Below are positions 25,458-33,905 of a DNA stretch of 34,584 bases, in pieces. Each line of letters starts with the position of its first letter. Position 1 is the first letter of the stretch. The DNA comes from a bacterium (lineage in GTDB: Bacteria > Armatimonadota > Fimbriimonadia > Fimbriimonadales > JBAXQP01). The notes below the pieces were generated by a model. It was not told where the DNA came from. It was given only the letters and a program-made list of their open reading frames with translations, and made no database searches. The DNA lies in NCBI GenBank assembly GCA_037131655.1, contig JBAXQP010000001.1:1-34584 (forward strand). Direction: 5' to 3'. The translations under genes and the position numbers were made by a program.

Positions 25458-26555
25458 TTATAGAATCGAATCGCCCAGACTACTCCATGGCCCGATAATT
25501 CCTTCAGCTCCAAGTACGACTTCCGTCGCCTTTACATAATCTTCTATTCTGCAATTTTGATCGATTACACATCTTGTTAGACGGCAATTTTCTCCTACTG
25601 TGTCGCGTTCCATAAGAATGCATCCGTCTAAGATCGATCCGGCGCCGATTCGGCAGCCTATTCCAATCGTTGTTTGGCCGGTTACTACGACGTTCTCACC
25701 GATAACACAACCAACCCCGATATGGCATCCCGGATCGATGCGAGCGCTATCTGCAATCTGAGCATCGATTCCGATCCATCGCTTATCCTGACACTCACCG
25801 CTTATAAGCGAGGTTAACTTAAGCTCTTCCGTGAGCAAAGCTTTTGTTGCTTTTAATAACTGTGACGGGCGGCCTATGTCAATCCAATAGCCGCCGCATT
25901 CATATCCGAAAACACTGCCGCCTGACTTGAGCAGACCAGGGTAGAATTCGCGCTCAATCGAACACTTACGCAAAGGGATGCGCTCAACGATTTCAGGCTC
26001 TATGATATATAAGCCTGCATTAATCAGGTCCGAACCTTCAGCCTTATCGCCGCGCTCGGCCGCTAATTTTTGCTCTTTGGTTGGTTCGATAAACGCTTCA
26101 ACTTGCCCTTTAGCATTTAAGGGAACCACTCCAAACGGATGGGGTCGGTTCACTCGGTAAAGCGTCAATGTCACTTCCGCCTGCACACTGTCGTGATAGT
26201 CCAATATGGCGCTCAGGTCGAAATCGTGCAGCGTATCGCCGTTAAATACAATACAACGCTTCGGCGGCATTCCGTCAACCGCATATCTTATTGCGCCGGC
26301 GGTATCCATGGGTTCGGGCTCAACACGATAGCTCATGCTAATCCCAAATCGACTGCCATCGCCAAAGTGCTCTACGATTTGTTCTGCTAAATAATTGGTG
26401 GCGAACACTATCTCCGAGATACCGGCTTTACGTAAAATCCCTACCTGGTACTCAAGGAGAGGTCGATTAGCGACGGGTATTAGAGGCTTTGGCCGGCTCA
26501 AGCTGAGCGGCCGCATTCGCGTTCCAAAGCCACCGGCGATAATAACTGCTCGCAT
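25458..26555 (-). CDS. Sugar-1-phosphate nucleotidyltransferase with a C-terminal left-handed beta-helix domain (second copy)
   Basis: 365 aa. The N-terminus is MRAVIIAGGFGTRMRPLSLSRPKPLIPV. The C-terminus is hexapeptide-like (IGVGCVIGENVVV...IGIGCRIGAGSIL). Confidence 0.8.
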   Translation of the reverse strand: MRAVIIAGGFGTRMRPLSLSRPKPLIPVANRPLLEYQVGILRKAGISEIVFATNYLAEQIVEHFGDGSRFGISMSYRVEPEPMDTAGAIRYAVDGMPPKRCIVFNGDTLHDFDLSAILDYHDSVQAEVTLTLYRVNRPHPFGVVPLNAKGQVEAFIEPTKEQKLAAERGDKAEGSDLINAGLYIIEPEIVERIPLRKCSIEREFYPGLLKSGGSVFGYECGGYWIDIGRPSQLLKATKALLTEELKLTSLISGECQDKRWIGIDAQIADSARIDPGCHIGVGCVIGENVVVTGQTTIGIGCRIGAGSILDGCILMERDTVGENCRLTRCVIDQNCRIEDYVKATEVVLGAEGIIGPWSSLGDSIL

Positions 26556-26623
26556 ATTTCAACTCAAAGCGCTCATTTCTCCCGTCACGTGAAGAAGAGG
26601 CGAATTTACTTTCTAACTTAAGA

Positions 26624-26632
26624 ATTATAGCA
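26624..26632 (-). promoter_or_regulatory. Candidate extended -10 promoter for the nucleotidyltransferase-aminotransferase operon
   Basis: The minus strand reads TGCTATAAT (TGn plus a perfect TATAAT) about 70 nt upstream of the ATG at 26555. There is no good -35. Confidence 0.4.
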
Positions 26633-26764
26633 TACTAACTTACTACCCACCGGCCAGAGTCAAAGCTAACACGCGTAAAATAGGTCTTTAGTCCTATACC
26701 CCGCCTGCTTTGTTAGGTTCGAGGAGAAAGTCGAAAGAAAGAAAGACGAAAGGCAGAGTCGGTA

Positions 26765-26866
26765 TTCCCCCCTTTCCAAGGGGGTGTACAAAGGGGTCTC
26801 TCCGGAAAGCTAATTAGTAAATAAACCTGTCTAATCCTGAGTAGGCCTCAGGGCAGTATCGAAGGG
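26765..26866. repeat. REP-like units (copy B)
   Basis: 26765-26798, TTCCCCCCTTTCCAAGGGGGTGTACAAAGGGGTC, is the reverse-complement orientation of the 17691-17724 unit. CCTGAG-taggc-CTCAGG with GTATCGAAGGG (26836-26866) resembles CTGAGCGAAGTCGAAGGG at 32766-32783. Confidence 0.65.
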
Positions 26867-26906
26867 CGGTTAGGGTTCGTAAGCAGTTAGACCTGGAGGA
26901 ATGTGT

Positions 26907-27998
26907 TTAGTCTTTTACCATCTTCCGGTAAATGGCTTCGGTTTCTTCTATCATCCGGGGGACGTTGAAGCGGGAGCGGACCCATTCTCGGCCGGCTTCG
27001 CCCATGGCTTTGGATCGAGAGGGATCGCTTAGAAGGGAATTGATGGCATCGGCTAATTCGTCGGGTTCCTGCTCGATAAAAAGACCGGTGAGATTGTTTT
27101 GAATGACCTCAGGGAGGCCGCCGACACGAGTAGCGATGACGGGTTTGCCTCGGCCCATTGCTTCAATCACAACAAGACCGAATGTCTCGATTTTCGAAGG
27201 GAGGATCATGATATCCATCGCATCCATTAGGCGCGAGACATCCGAACGGTTTCCGGTTAGCGTAACGGCTTTCCTGATCCCTAGGTCATCAATTGCTTTC
27301 TCTAAAAGGGGTGAGAAATTCGGCTCGACACGGCCGACGAACATAAAATGCGTGTCTTTGTGTTTGGCAAGTACCTTGGGGATGGCTTGGACAGCTAGAA
27401 GGTGTCCTTTATCAGAAGCAACACGACCGACCAACCCAATTATCCGATAATTTTCCGCAATACCAAATTCTTCGAATACCCCAACCTTTGAACACTGTGT
27501 ATTACTATCTGCAAATTCAGTCCCATGATAGACGACATCGATTGCATTGGCAGGCACTTTATTGGAGATAAGATTTTCTTTAACGAATTCAGAAACAGCA
27601 ATCAAGCGTCCGCCGGTTTTTGGGATGAGGTTGAATGCGACATCGTGATTGATGACATGGACGCTGGCGACGATGGGTATGCGTCGAAGGGTGGCCGTGA
27701 TCCCTCCATGCCAGGCGCCGCGGGTAAGATGTGTGTGGATTATATCAAACTTGCTTCGCTTCAACCGACGAAGTAGTTTTAGATGCGTAAAGAAAGAGCC
27801 TCCCTTACGCATGGGCATTTCCCAACAGGGAGTATTTTGATTGCGGAGCGCTTCAGGAAGCCATCCCCCCGGGGGGCATACAACAGTGACTTCATGGCCT
27901 TTTTGTTGAAATTGGCGCGCAAGTAATGCTACTTGATGCTCCGCTCCCGAAGGGACGGAACTCGAAATCACTTGCACGATTCGCAGCTTATCACCCAT
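26907..27998 (-). CDS. Glycosyltransferase family 4 (GT-B fold)
   Basis: 363 aa. The N-terminus is VQVISSSVPSGAEHQV. The E-x7-E region is SKIETFGLVVIEAMGRGKPVIATRVGGLPEVI. Confidence 0.85.
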   Translation of the reverse strand: MGDKLRIVQVISSSVPSGAEHQVALLARQFQQKGHEVTVVCPPGGWLPEALRNQNTPCWEMPMRKGGSFFTHLKLLRRLKRSKFDIIHTHLTRGAWHGGITATLRRIPIVASVHVINHDVAFNLIPKTGGRLIAVSEFVKENLISNKVPANAIDVVYHGTEFADSNTQCSKVGVFEEFGIAENYRIIGLVGRVASDKGHLLAVQAIPKVLAKHKDTHFMFVGRVEPNFSPLLEKAIDDLGIRKAVTLTGNRSDVSRLMDAMDIMILPSKIETFGLVVIEAMGRGKPVIATRVGGLPEVIQNNLTGLFIEQEPDELADAINSLLSDPSRSKAMGEAGREWVRSRFNVPRMIEETEAIYRKMVKD

Positions 27999-28041
27999 CG
28001 TTTTACTCTTTGTCTACAAATAATTGCGAAAGCAGCGCCCA

Positions 28042-28914
28042 TCAGGGCGTTTCTTTGCGAAACACGAGAATGCTCTGATGAATGACACTCGGAATAAACG
28101 TGTAGCGGTAGCCATAGACGTGCAACTGCTTTGATACATCATACCAGATAAGATTTGCCTTTGGCGTCCAGCCATCTTGTGTAATCACATTAGCCAATTC
28201 AGCCGGCAGGAGGTGGTAAACGCCATTCTGATACATCTCGCCAACAAACACGGCCATATACCCATTCAACTTTAGCTTCGTTTGGCAAACCGCGAAAATT
28301 TCACGCATCTGGGCAAGCCATTCGTCCTTTGATTGAACAGGTTGATTATTAAATCGACTAAGCTTCTTTCGCAGTTTGTCAGGTTCAACCTCTTGTCCGT
28401 AACGTTTATATTGGCCAGTTGAGCGTTTGGCGGTATCCATGTTCCAATAAGGTACATCGGTTAGGATGAAGTCGAACTCACCTTCAATCTCAGGCAGAAC
28501 TTTGAGGCAATCACCTTGACAGGTTTGCTGCGGCGTCAACCCTTCAAGCTCACAGACTTTTTGATACACTTCAACCCATCGCGGCTCTATTTCTATCCCG
28601 ACGGCCGATCGCTCGGAAATAGTTGCTCCTAAGAGAGTGCCGCCGACGCCCATCATTGGGTCGAGAACCCTGTCTCCTGCCTTGGTAAAGGTGCGAATAA
28701 GTTCGGCGCATAATTCGGGCGGCTTTTGACCGCCGTGTTGATTGCGCAATTTATGTTGGAAGCTTGAGGGGTAGGCTTTTGCTATTACTGAACGGCTCGA
28801 GAACGTCCATTCACGGCCTGTGAGGTCATTAAGTCGGTTGCCCTCAGAATAAAAGCCGCGGCTGTTACCCTCCGAATCAAATAATTCTATCGTTTCATGC
28901 TTTTTTTTCAACAT
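28042..28914 (-). CDS. N4/N6-type DNA methyltransferase-like protein with permuted motif order (motif I before motif IV); no partner endonuclease
   Basis: 290 aa. From the N-terminus the motifs run HGGQKPPELCAELI, LDPMMGVGGT (motif I), AVGIEIEP, GDCLKVLPEIEGEFDFILTDVPYW (motif IV variant DVPY), then KDEWLAQMREIFAVCQTKLKLNGYMAVFVG and LIWYD. There is no Shine-Dalgarno before the ATG at 28914. Confidence 0.7.
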   Translation of the reverse strand: MLKKKHETIELFDSEGNSRGFYSEGNRLNDLTGREWTFSSRSVIAKAYPSSFQHKLRNQHGGQKPPELCAELIRTFTKAGDRVLDPMMGVGGTLLGATISERSAVGIEIEPRWVEVYQKVCELEGLTPQQTCQGDCLKVLPEIEGEFDFILTDVPYWNMDTAKRSTGQYKRYGQEVEPDKLRKKLSRFNNQPVQSKDEWLAQMREIFAVCQTKLKLNGYMAVFVGEMYQNGVYHLLPAELANVITQDGWTPKANLIWYDVSKQLHVYGYRYTFIPSVIHQSILVFRKETP

Positions 28915-29029
28915 TGGTGTAGGATTATGTTACGGGTTTCTAGAACGTTTTGCAATAGATGCCAATGTTATTCATTGACAGATCGTTGGCATCGAAGCTT
29001 AACGACAGCAAAAAGTAATGGAGGCTAAG

Positions 29030-30784
29030 ATGAAAGTTTGTCAATCATGTAAGGCAGAGATGCCTGCGGATTTGGAAATCTGCGAAAGTTGTGGAGTCAA
29101 ATATGAGATCGCCAAAAGACGTGGTGGGTTTCGAGGAGGATTATTTGTCCTCGCGCTTGTCATTCTTCTGGCAATAGGCGCGTTGGGTTATCGACTATTT
29201 TTCTCTCGAAATGGTGAGGAAGCCGCTCGCCTTTTACCTACAGGGTGCTGGATGGTAATTACAATCGATACCAATCCTTCGCCAACTCAGGCTAATCTAT
29301 TCCTTCGCATTTCCGATGCGATGAAGCGTGAAGGATTAGACAAGCAAACGGAAGACTTATTGAGCAGCGTGCTTGGTCCGTCCAAGCTTGCGACTGAGCT
29401 GAGACCCTATATCAACAATAGCTTGGCTTTAGGGATGTGGGGATCAACGGTAACGGACACAAGTGGAGCGGTTATTTTAAACGTAACCAACGCGAAAGCT
29501 GTTGCTTCCATATTGAATAGCAAGAACATCTCCACGAAAGACAATGGCGTCACGATTTATAAGGCTCCAGACTCGGAAATTAGAATAGCGCTGGAGGGTT
29601 CGAATCTGATAATGGCGGTTAAACCTTCCGATATCCATAAGGTTTTGGAGGTTAAGGCGGGCAAGGTCATTTCTGTTGTGGATACGGCAGAGTTCAAGGA
29701 AGCGCGTAAAACGTTGCCTGAAGATGCGAGCCTAATGATTTTTGTCCAACCATCCGGAGTTCAGAAAGTTCAACAATCCTATAACCCAACATCAGTTATG
29801 GAATCTATTAATTCTACAGCTTGGTGTGGAGTTGGGCTTACAATGCGTGATGATGGATTGCTTGTAACAGGCAGAATGCCCTCGGGTGTAGTTAAAGGTC
29901 TCGAAGGGCTGAATGATATTCAAGCTCTAAGATATGGACCACTTCAAGCAATGCCTTCAGGAGCATACGGCTTCTATACCCTTTCTCAGCCAAGCAAGTT
30001 TTGGGAAGTAATTCGGGTAATGATGGCACAGAACCCCGAAGCGGCTAAACAAATTGATCAAGGGCTTGCTGATTTCGATCAGACAAGCGGACTGAGTTTT
30101 GCAAAAGATGTGCTTCCGGCATTTGCTGGTGAAGCCGCGTTAGCCATTTATCCCAGCACAAAAAATAATAAGAATCAGCCTGAGATGATGCTGGTCCTCG
30201 ATTCATCGAATAATGCGACCCCCGGTCAGCTTATTGCTAAACTGACGGGGAACACCACGGCTTTACTTATGTTATCTAATGTCGCCGGATATAAACTAAC
30301 AAGCGTTCAAGAAGAAGGCATAAAGGTTTATAAATTCAATAATCCGACAATGAAAGATATGGCTGGAGAATTTACCTGCGCTCAGATTGGAGATAAGCTC
30401 GTTATCACCACCTCTGGTGAGCTTTTAACACGAGCGATAGGATGTAAGACATCGCCTACCGGTTCTTTAGCGCAAGAGCCGACTTTCCAGAAAATGATGT
30501 CTCATGGAGTACATGGGGCGCAAATTTTGTATATGATTAATTTTCCCTCCATGATTACAGCAATTACCCAAGCGGATAATCCTACAGACAAACCGAATGA
30601 GGCTTCTCAAGCTTGGATAGATGCATTTAAGGATACAGCGGTTGTGAGCGGCAGTGTCAACAATAAGGAAGCCTTCAGCGAAGCCTTTATACCCGTTGAT
30701 TGGGAGCATTTAGTCCATGCAATGGCTCTTGCCAGCAAACAGGCGCCAACACCCCCCACGCCTTCAGGCGGCGGAACGTGGTAA
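29030..30784 (+). CDS. Membrane-anchored protein: N-terminal zinc ribbon, one TM helix, ~520-aa extracytoplasmic domain of unknown function (DUF3352-like by recollection)
   Basis: I prefer the ATG at 29030 (GGAGG at 29020-29024, 5-nt spacing). It begins MKVCQSCKAEMPADLEICESCG (CxxC-x11-CxxC), then the TM helix GGLFVLALVILLAIGALGYRLFF. It is a paralogue of the next gene. Confidence 0.7.
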   Translation: MKVCQSCKAEMPADLEICESCGVKYEIAKRRGGFRGGLFVLALVILLAIGALGYRLFFSRNGEEAARLLPTGCWMVITIDTNPSPTQANLFLRISDAMKREGLDKQTEDLLSSVLGPSKLATELRPYINNSLALGMWGSTVTDTSGAVILNVTNAKAVASILNSKNISTKDNGVTIYKAPDSEIRIALEGSNLIMAVKPSDIHKVLEVKAGKVISVVDTAEFKEARKTLPEDASLMIFVQPSGVQKVQQSYNPTSVMESINSTAWCGVGLTMRDDGLLVTGRMPSGVVKGLEGLNDIQALRYGPLQAMPSGAYGFYTLSQPSKFWEVIRVMMAQNPEAAKQIDQGLADFDQTSGLSFAKDVLPAFAGEAALAIYPSTKNNKNQPEMMLVLDSSNNATPGQLIAKLTGNTTALLMLSNVAGYKLTSVQEEGIKVYKFNNPTMKDMAGEFTCAQIGDKLVITTSGELLTRAIGCKTSPTGSLAQEPTFQKMMSHGVHGAQILYMINFPSMITAITQADNPTDKPNEASQAWIDAFKDTAVVSGSVNNKEAFSEAFIPVDWEHLVHAMALASKQAPTPPTPSGGGTW

Positions 30785-30812
30785 AGACATAAGCTATCAG
30801 TCATTACTCTCT

Positions 30813-30844
30813 GAAAAGTCCCCCTTAGAATAGGGGGGCTTTTC
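30813..30844 (+). terminator. Rho-independent terminator between the two paralogues
   Basis: GAAAAGTCCCCC-ttagaata-GGGGGGCTTTTC forms a 12-bp stem with one G-U pair. The 3' arm is T-rich. Confidence 0.65.
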
Positions 30845-30874
30845 TGTGCGTCGATTCATGTTATTGATAAAAAC

Positions 30875-32656
30875 ATGGAATGTTTTATCATGAATAACTT
30901 TAGTTCGTTAAAGAAAGCGGGTCTGTTATCCGCGCTCATCTTACTCATTGCATTGGGTGCACAGGCTCAAAGAGATTTCAGGGTTAACCTCACAAAACAT
31001 GGGCAAGATGTCGCTAACCTAGTTCCGTCTGACGCATGGTTAGTCATGACCTATGAGTTAATACCTGCGTCAAGTCAGGTAGCTCTATTCAATCGAATAA
31101 AGGAATCCCTCTCTCGTGAAGGGTTGAGCCAAAAAATTGATGAAGCAATCAACATGGCATGCAACTCAGTTCCGTTAATGAGAGATATTCATCCCTACTT
31201 TATCTCCAGTGTTACTCTTTGCATTTGGGGCGATCCAAACAAGCGAGCAAGTTCTGGTATGACCTTTTTCATCACGATTTCCGATCATTCTGCTGTCCAA
31301 AAAGCGCTCAAAGAGGATGCTGTTTTAACTACCATAGACGGCGTGAAAATATATAGCCTTCCTAACAGCAAGGAGTTACATTTCACCTTAGTAGGGAATT
31401 ATTTGGTAATTTCTATGACCAAAGCAAATCTGGTTCGAATTGCTCGGATTTATGAAACTCCTTCAAAGTCCCTTATAAATTCGCCTGCCTTCCAAACTGC
31501 GCAAGCTTCACTGCCTATTGAATCGAATATGCAACTTTTCCTTAAAACTAATATCTTCAATAAATTCCCAAATAATACGCTGAAAACCCCAAAGCAGAAA
31601 AGAGATTTCGCTTTAGCTTTAAAGTGCTTAAATACTTGCCCGTGGGTTGCGATGTCCTGTGCCTTCCAAGATACAGGATATTCAATGTCGCTCAGCGTCC
31701 AACTCAATTCGACTATATTGAAATCTTTGAACACTCTTAATGCCATAACCCCGATTAGCCTTGAGAACGTCAGCTATTTACCTGAAGGTGCCATTAGCTT
31801 CGTTACAATATCACAGCCGAGCAAGTTATGGCCTTTGTTCATTGATCCTGCCGAGCAATATCCTGAATTGCTTAAATCGATGATTATGGAAATTGCAAAA
31901 ATTGAAAAGGAAACAGGTCTCAAATTTAATGAGCAATTTCTTCCGAGCTTTGATGGTGAAATGACTGTCGGGATTTATCCTTCAGATACAAAAAAAGTTA
32001 GTCCGGAATGCATAGTTATACTTGGCTCTCAAAATGGCGCGAATCCGGCCGGCAGCGCTCAAGAGTATTTCAAGAATATTCAATCTGGACGTGTTCAGTT
32101 GCAGCCAGGGGATCGTTTAGCGCTATCGGCCATTCAGTTTGATGGAGAGACTATTTATAAATTGGTCGAGACCTCAACAATAAAAGCAAAAGTTTCTGGA
32201 AAGAAGCGTTCTCCTAGTGTCCCAGCTACTGAGGAAGATGTAACATACTTTTATCTTCCAGGTAATGACGTATTAGTCACCTCTCCTTCCAAGCGAGCCA
32301 TTATGAGAACCATTGCTTGCAATCAGCAAAAGATTGGTTCAATCACTCAACAGCCCGCATTTAAGAACATGCTCTCTCAAAAATCTTCAAATGCCCAGGC
32401 TTTCATGATGTACGACATGTCCGTAATAGCCCAACAAGCGTTTAATTCCCCGCTAACCAAAATCGTGAACAATGCCTTCAACGGAGCTTGTGTCGTAAAT
32501 GTTGGATATGATGGTTCAATGATCGAGGCCGATATGTTCGTCCCATTTGATTGGGATCAATATATCAGATCTGCCAAAAACCTTATGTCACAGTTCGAAA
32601 ATAGGACAAACGAATCTTCACCACCAAAGACTTTACCAAAGAAGAAGAAGAAGTAA
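30875..32656 (+). CDS. Secreted paralogue of the preceding protein (signal peptide, Lys-rich C-terminus)
   Basis: 593 aa from the ATG at 30875; an alternative ATG at 30890 gives MNNFSSLKKAGLLSALILLIALGAQAQ. It shares colinear motif blocks with 29030-30784. It ends PKKKKK, encoded by (AAG)5. Confidence 0.7.
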   Translation: MECFIMNNFSSLKKAGLLSALILLIALGAQAQRDFRVNLTKHGQDVANLVPSDAWLVMTYELIPASSQVALFNRIKESLSREGLSQKIDEAINMACNSVPLMRDIHPYFISSVTLCIWGDPNKRASSGMTFFITISDHSAVQKALKEDAVLTTIDGVKIYSLPNSKELHFTLVGNYLVISMTKANLVRIARIYETPSKSLINSPAFQTAQASLPIESNMQLFLKTNIFNKFPNNTLKTPKQKRDFALALKCLNTCPWVAMSCAFQDTGYSMSLSVQLNSTILKSLNTLNAITPISLENVSYLPEGAISFVTISQPSKLWPLFIDPAEQYPELLKSMIMEIAKIEKETGLKFNEQFLPSFDGEMTVGIYPSDTKKVSPECIVILGSQNGANPAGSAQEYFKNIQSGRVQLQPGDRLALSAIQFDGETIYKLVETSTIKAKVSGKKRSPSVPATEEDVTYFYLPGNDVLVTSPSKRAIMRTIACNQQKIGSITQQPAFKNMLSQKSSNAQAFMMYDMSVIAQQAFNSPLTKIVNNAFNGACVVNVGYDGSMIEADMFVPFDWDQYIRSAKNLMSQFENRTNESSPPKTLPKKKKK

Positions 32657-32734
32657 TTAGCCCGTAATCTTCACCCAACTCCGGGCAGGGGATTGGTTCT
32701 ATTAAGAGAAATAGGCTAGGGGCGAAGCCCCCAA

Positions 32735-32884
32735 CGTGCCAAAGCTTTAGCGAAGGCACGTCACGCTGAGCGAAGTCGAAGGGTCTTCAGGAAGATTCCT
32801 CGACTTCGATCGGAATGACGTTCCGATGGAATGTATAAGAAAGACTACGGAGATCCCCTATAGCCCCCCTTGGAAAAGGGGGAC
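32735..32884. repeat. REP-like units (copy C)
   Basis: CGTGCC-AAAGCTTTAGCGAA-GGCACG is at 32735-32760. A 62-nt imperfect palindrome at 32759-32820 has outer stem CGTCA/TGACG and inner stem GAAGTCGAAGG/CCTCGACTTC. The unit GATCCCCTATAGCCCCCCTTGGAAAAGGGGGAC at 32852-32884 is related to 17691-17724. Confidence 0.7.
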
Positions 32885-32915
32885 ATTCTGAAGCTGATAG
32901 CTGATAGCTTCTTAG

Positions 32916-33905
32916 CTATAAATCCGCAGTCGCAAGCGTGTCCAGCTCTAGGTCGCTGCGTTCGCCTTTTTGGAGGCGGTAATAGCCGGCGCAGGCGACC
33001 ATGGCGGCGTTGTCGGTGCAGAGGATGGAGGGCGGGATCACTAAACGAAAACCGGTATCCTTTGCGGCGGTGCTCATTGCTTCATTAAGTCGTGAATTGG
33101 CAGCGACGCCGCCTACTACAGTGATCGTCTTAACTTTAACCTGCCGTGCAGCGGTGATTGTTTTAGTAACCAATACCTCGACAACCGCTTCTTGGAAGCT
33201 TGCTGCGGTATCATTCACATTCAAAGCTTTTCCTTGCGTATCCACATACCGCAACACCGCTGATTTGAGGCCGCTGAAGCTGAAATTGAGTGTGCCATCC
33301 ATCCATGCTCTTGGAAACGGGATGGCATTTGGGTTGCCTTGTTTGGCAGCAGCATCGACTTTTGGCCCGCCTGGATAACCTAGTCCTAATAGCCTCGCCG
33401 ACTTATCAAAGGCTTCTCCTGCAGCGTCATCCATCGATTGGCCAAGGAGATAGTAGTCGCCGTGACCTTTAACGAGCATCAACTCGGTATGACCGCCTGA
33501 GACGATTAGACACAGATAAGGGAATTCTAATTCGGGATCGACAAGGCGAGCCGAGTACATATGACCTTCAAGATGATGTACTCCGATGAGCGGCTTTTGA
33601 AGGGCTAATGCGAGAGTTTTGGCGGCGGCAACTCCGACGACCAATGCACCAACTAAGCCAGGGCGGTTGGTGACGGCGATAGCGTCCACATCATCAAAGG
33701 TCATTCCTGCTTCATCGAGGGCTTGTTGGATGACGGGGTTCATTCGCTCCACATGCATCCTCGCGGCAGCTTCGGGAACAACTCCGCCCCACTTGGCATG
33801 CATCTCGACCTGAGAAGCCACTACATTCGATAGAATGCGGACCCCATCCTCTAAGAGAGCAGCGGAAGTTTCGTCACAGCTAGTTTCGATGCCAAGGATG
33901 ATCAT
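32916..33905 (-). CDS. tsaD: tRNA N6-adenosine threonylcarbamoyltransferase TsaD
   Basis: 329 aa. It has ILGIETSCDETSAA, GVHHLEGH and VSGGHT motifs. Confidence 0.95.
   Translation of the reverse strand: MIILGIETSCDETSAALLEDGVRILSNVVASQVEMHAKWGGVVPEAAARMHVERMNPVIQQALDEAGMTFDDVDAIAVTNRPGLVGALVVGVAAAKTLALALQKPLIGVHHLEGHMYSARLVDPELEFPYLCLIVSGGHTELMLVKGHGDYYLLGQSMDDAAGEAFDKSARLLGLGYPGGPKVDAAAKQGNPNAIPFPRAWMDGTLNFSFSGLKSAVLRYVDTQGKALNVNDTAASFQEAVVEVLVTKTITAARQVKVKTITVVGGVAANSRLNEAMSTAAKDTGFRLVIPPSILCTDNAAMVACAGYYRLQKGERSDLELDTLATADL

Noticed and set aside
26732-26753. Purine-rich GAAA-type run (CGAAAGAAAGAAAGACGAAAGG) in the 351-nt spacer
   Set aside because: It is a short, imperfect low-complexity tract with no ORF and no recognisable riboswitch or RNA motif. 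It is probably part of the REP-like spacer.
32639-32653. (AAG)5 trinucleotide repeat at the 3' end of the second paralogue
   Set aside because: It is in frame, so slippage would only change the length of the Lys tail. It is noted as a feature of the protein, not as a phase-variation switch.
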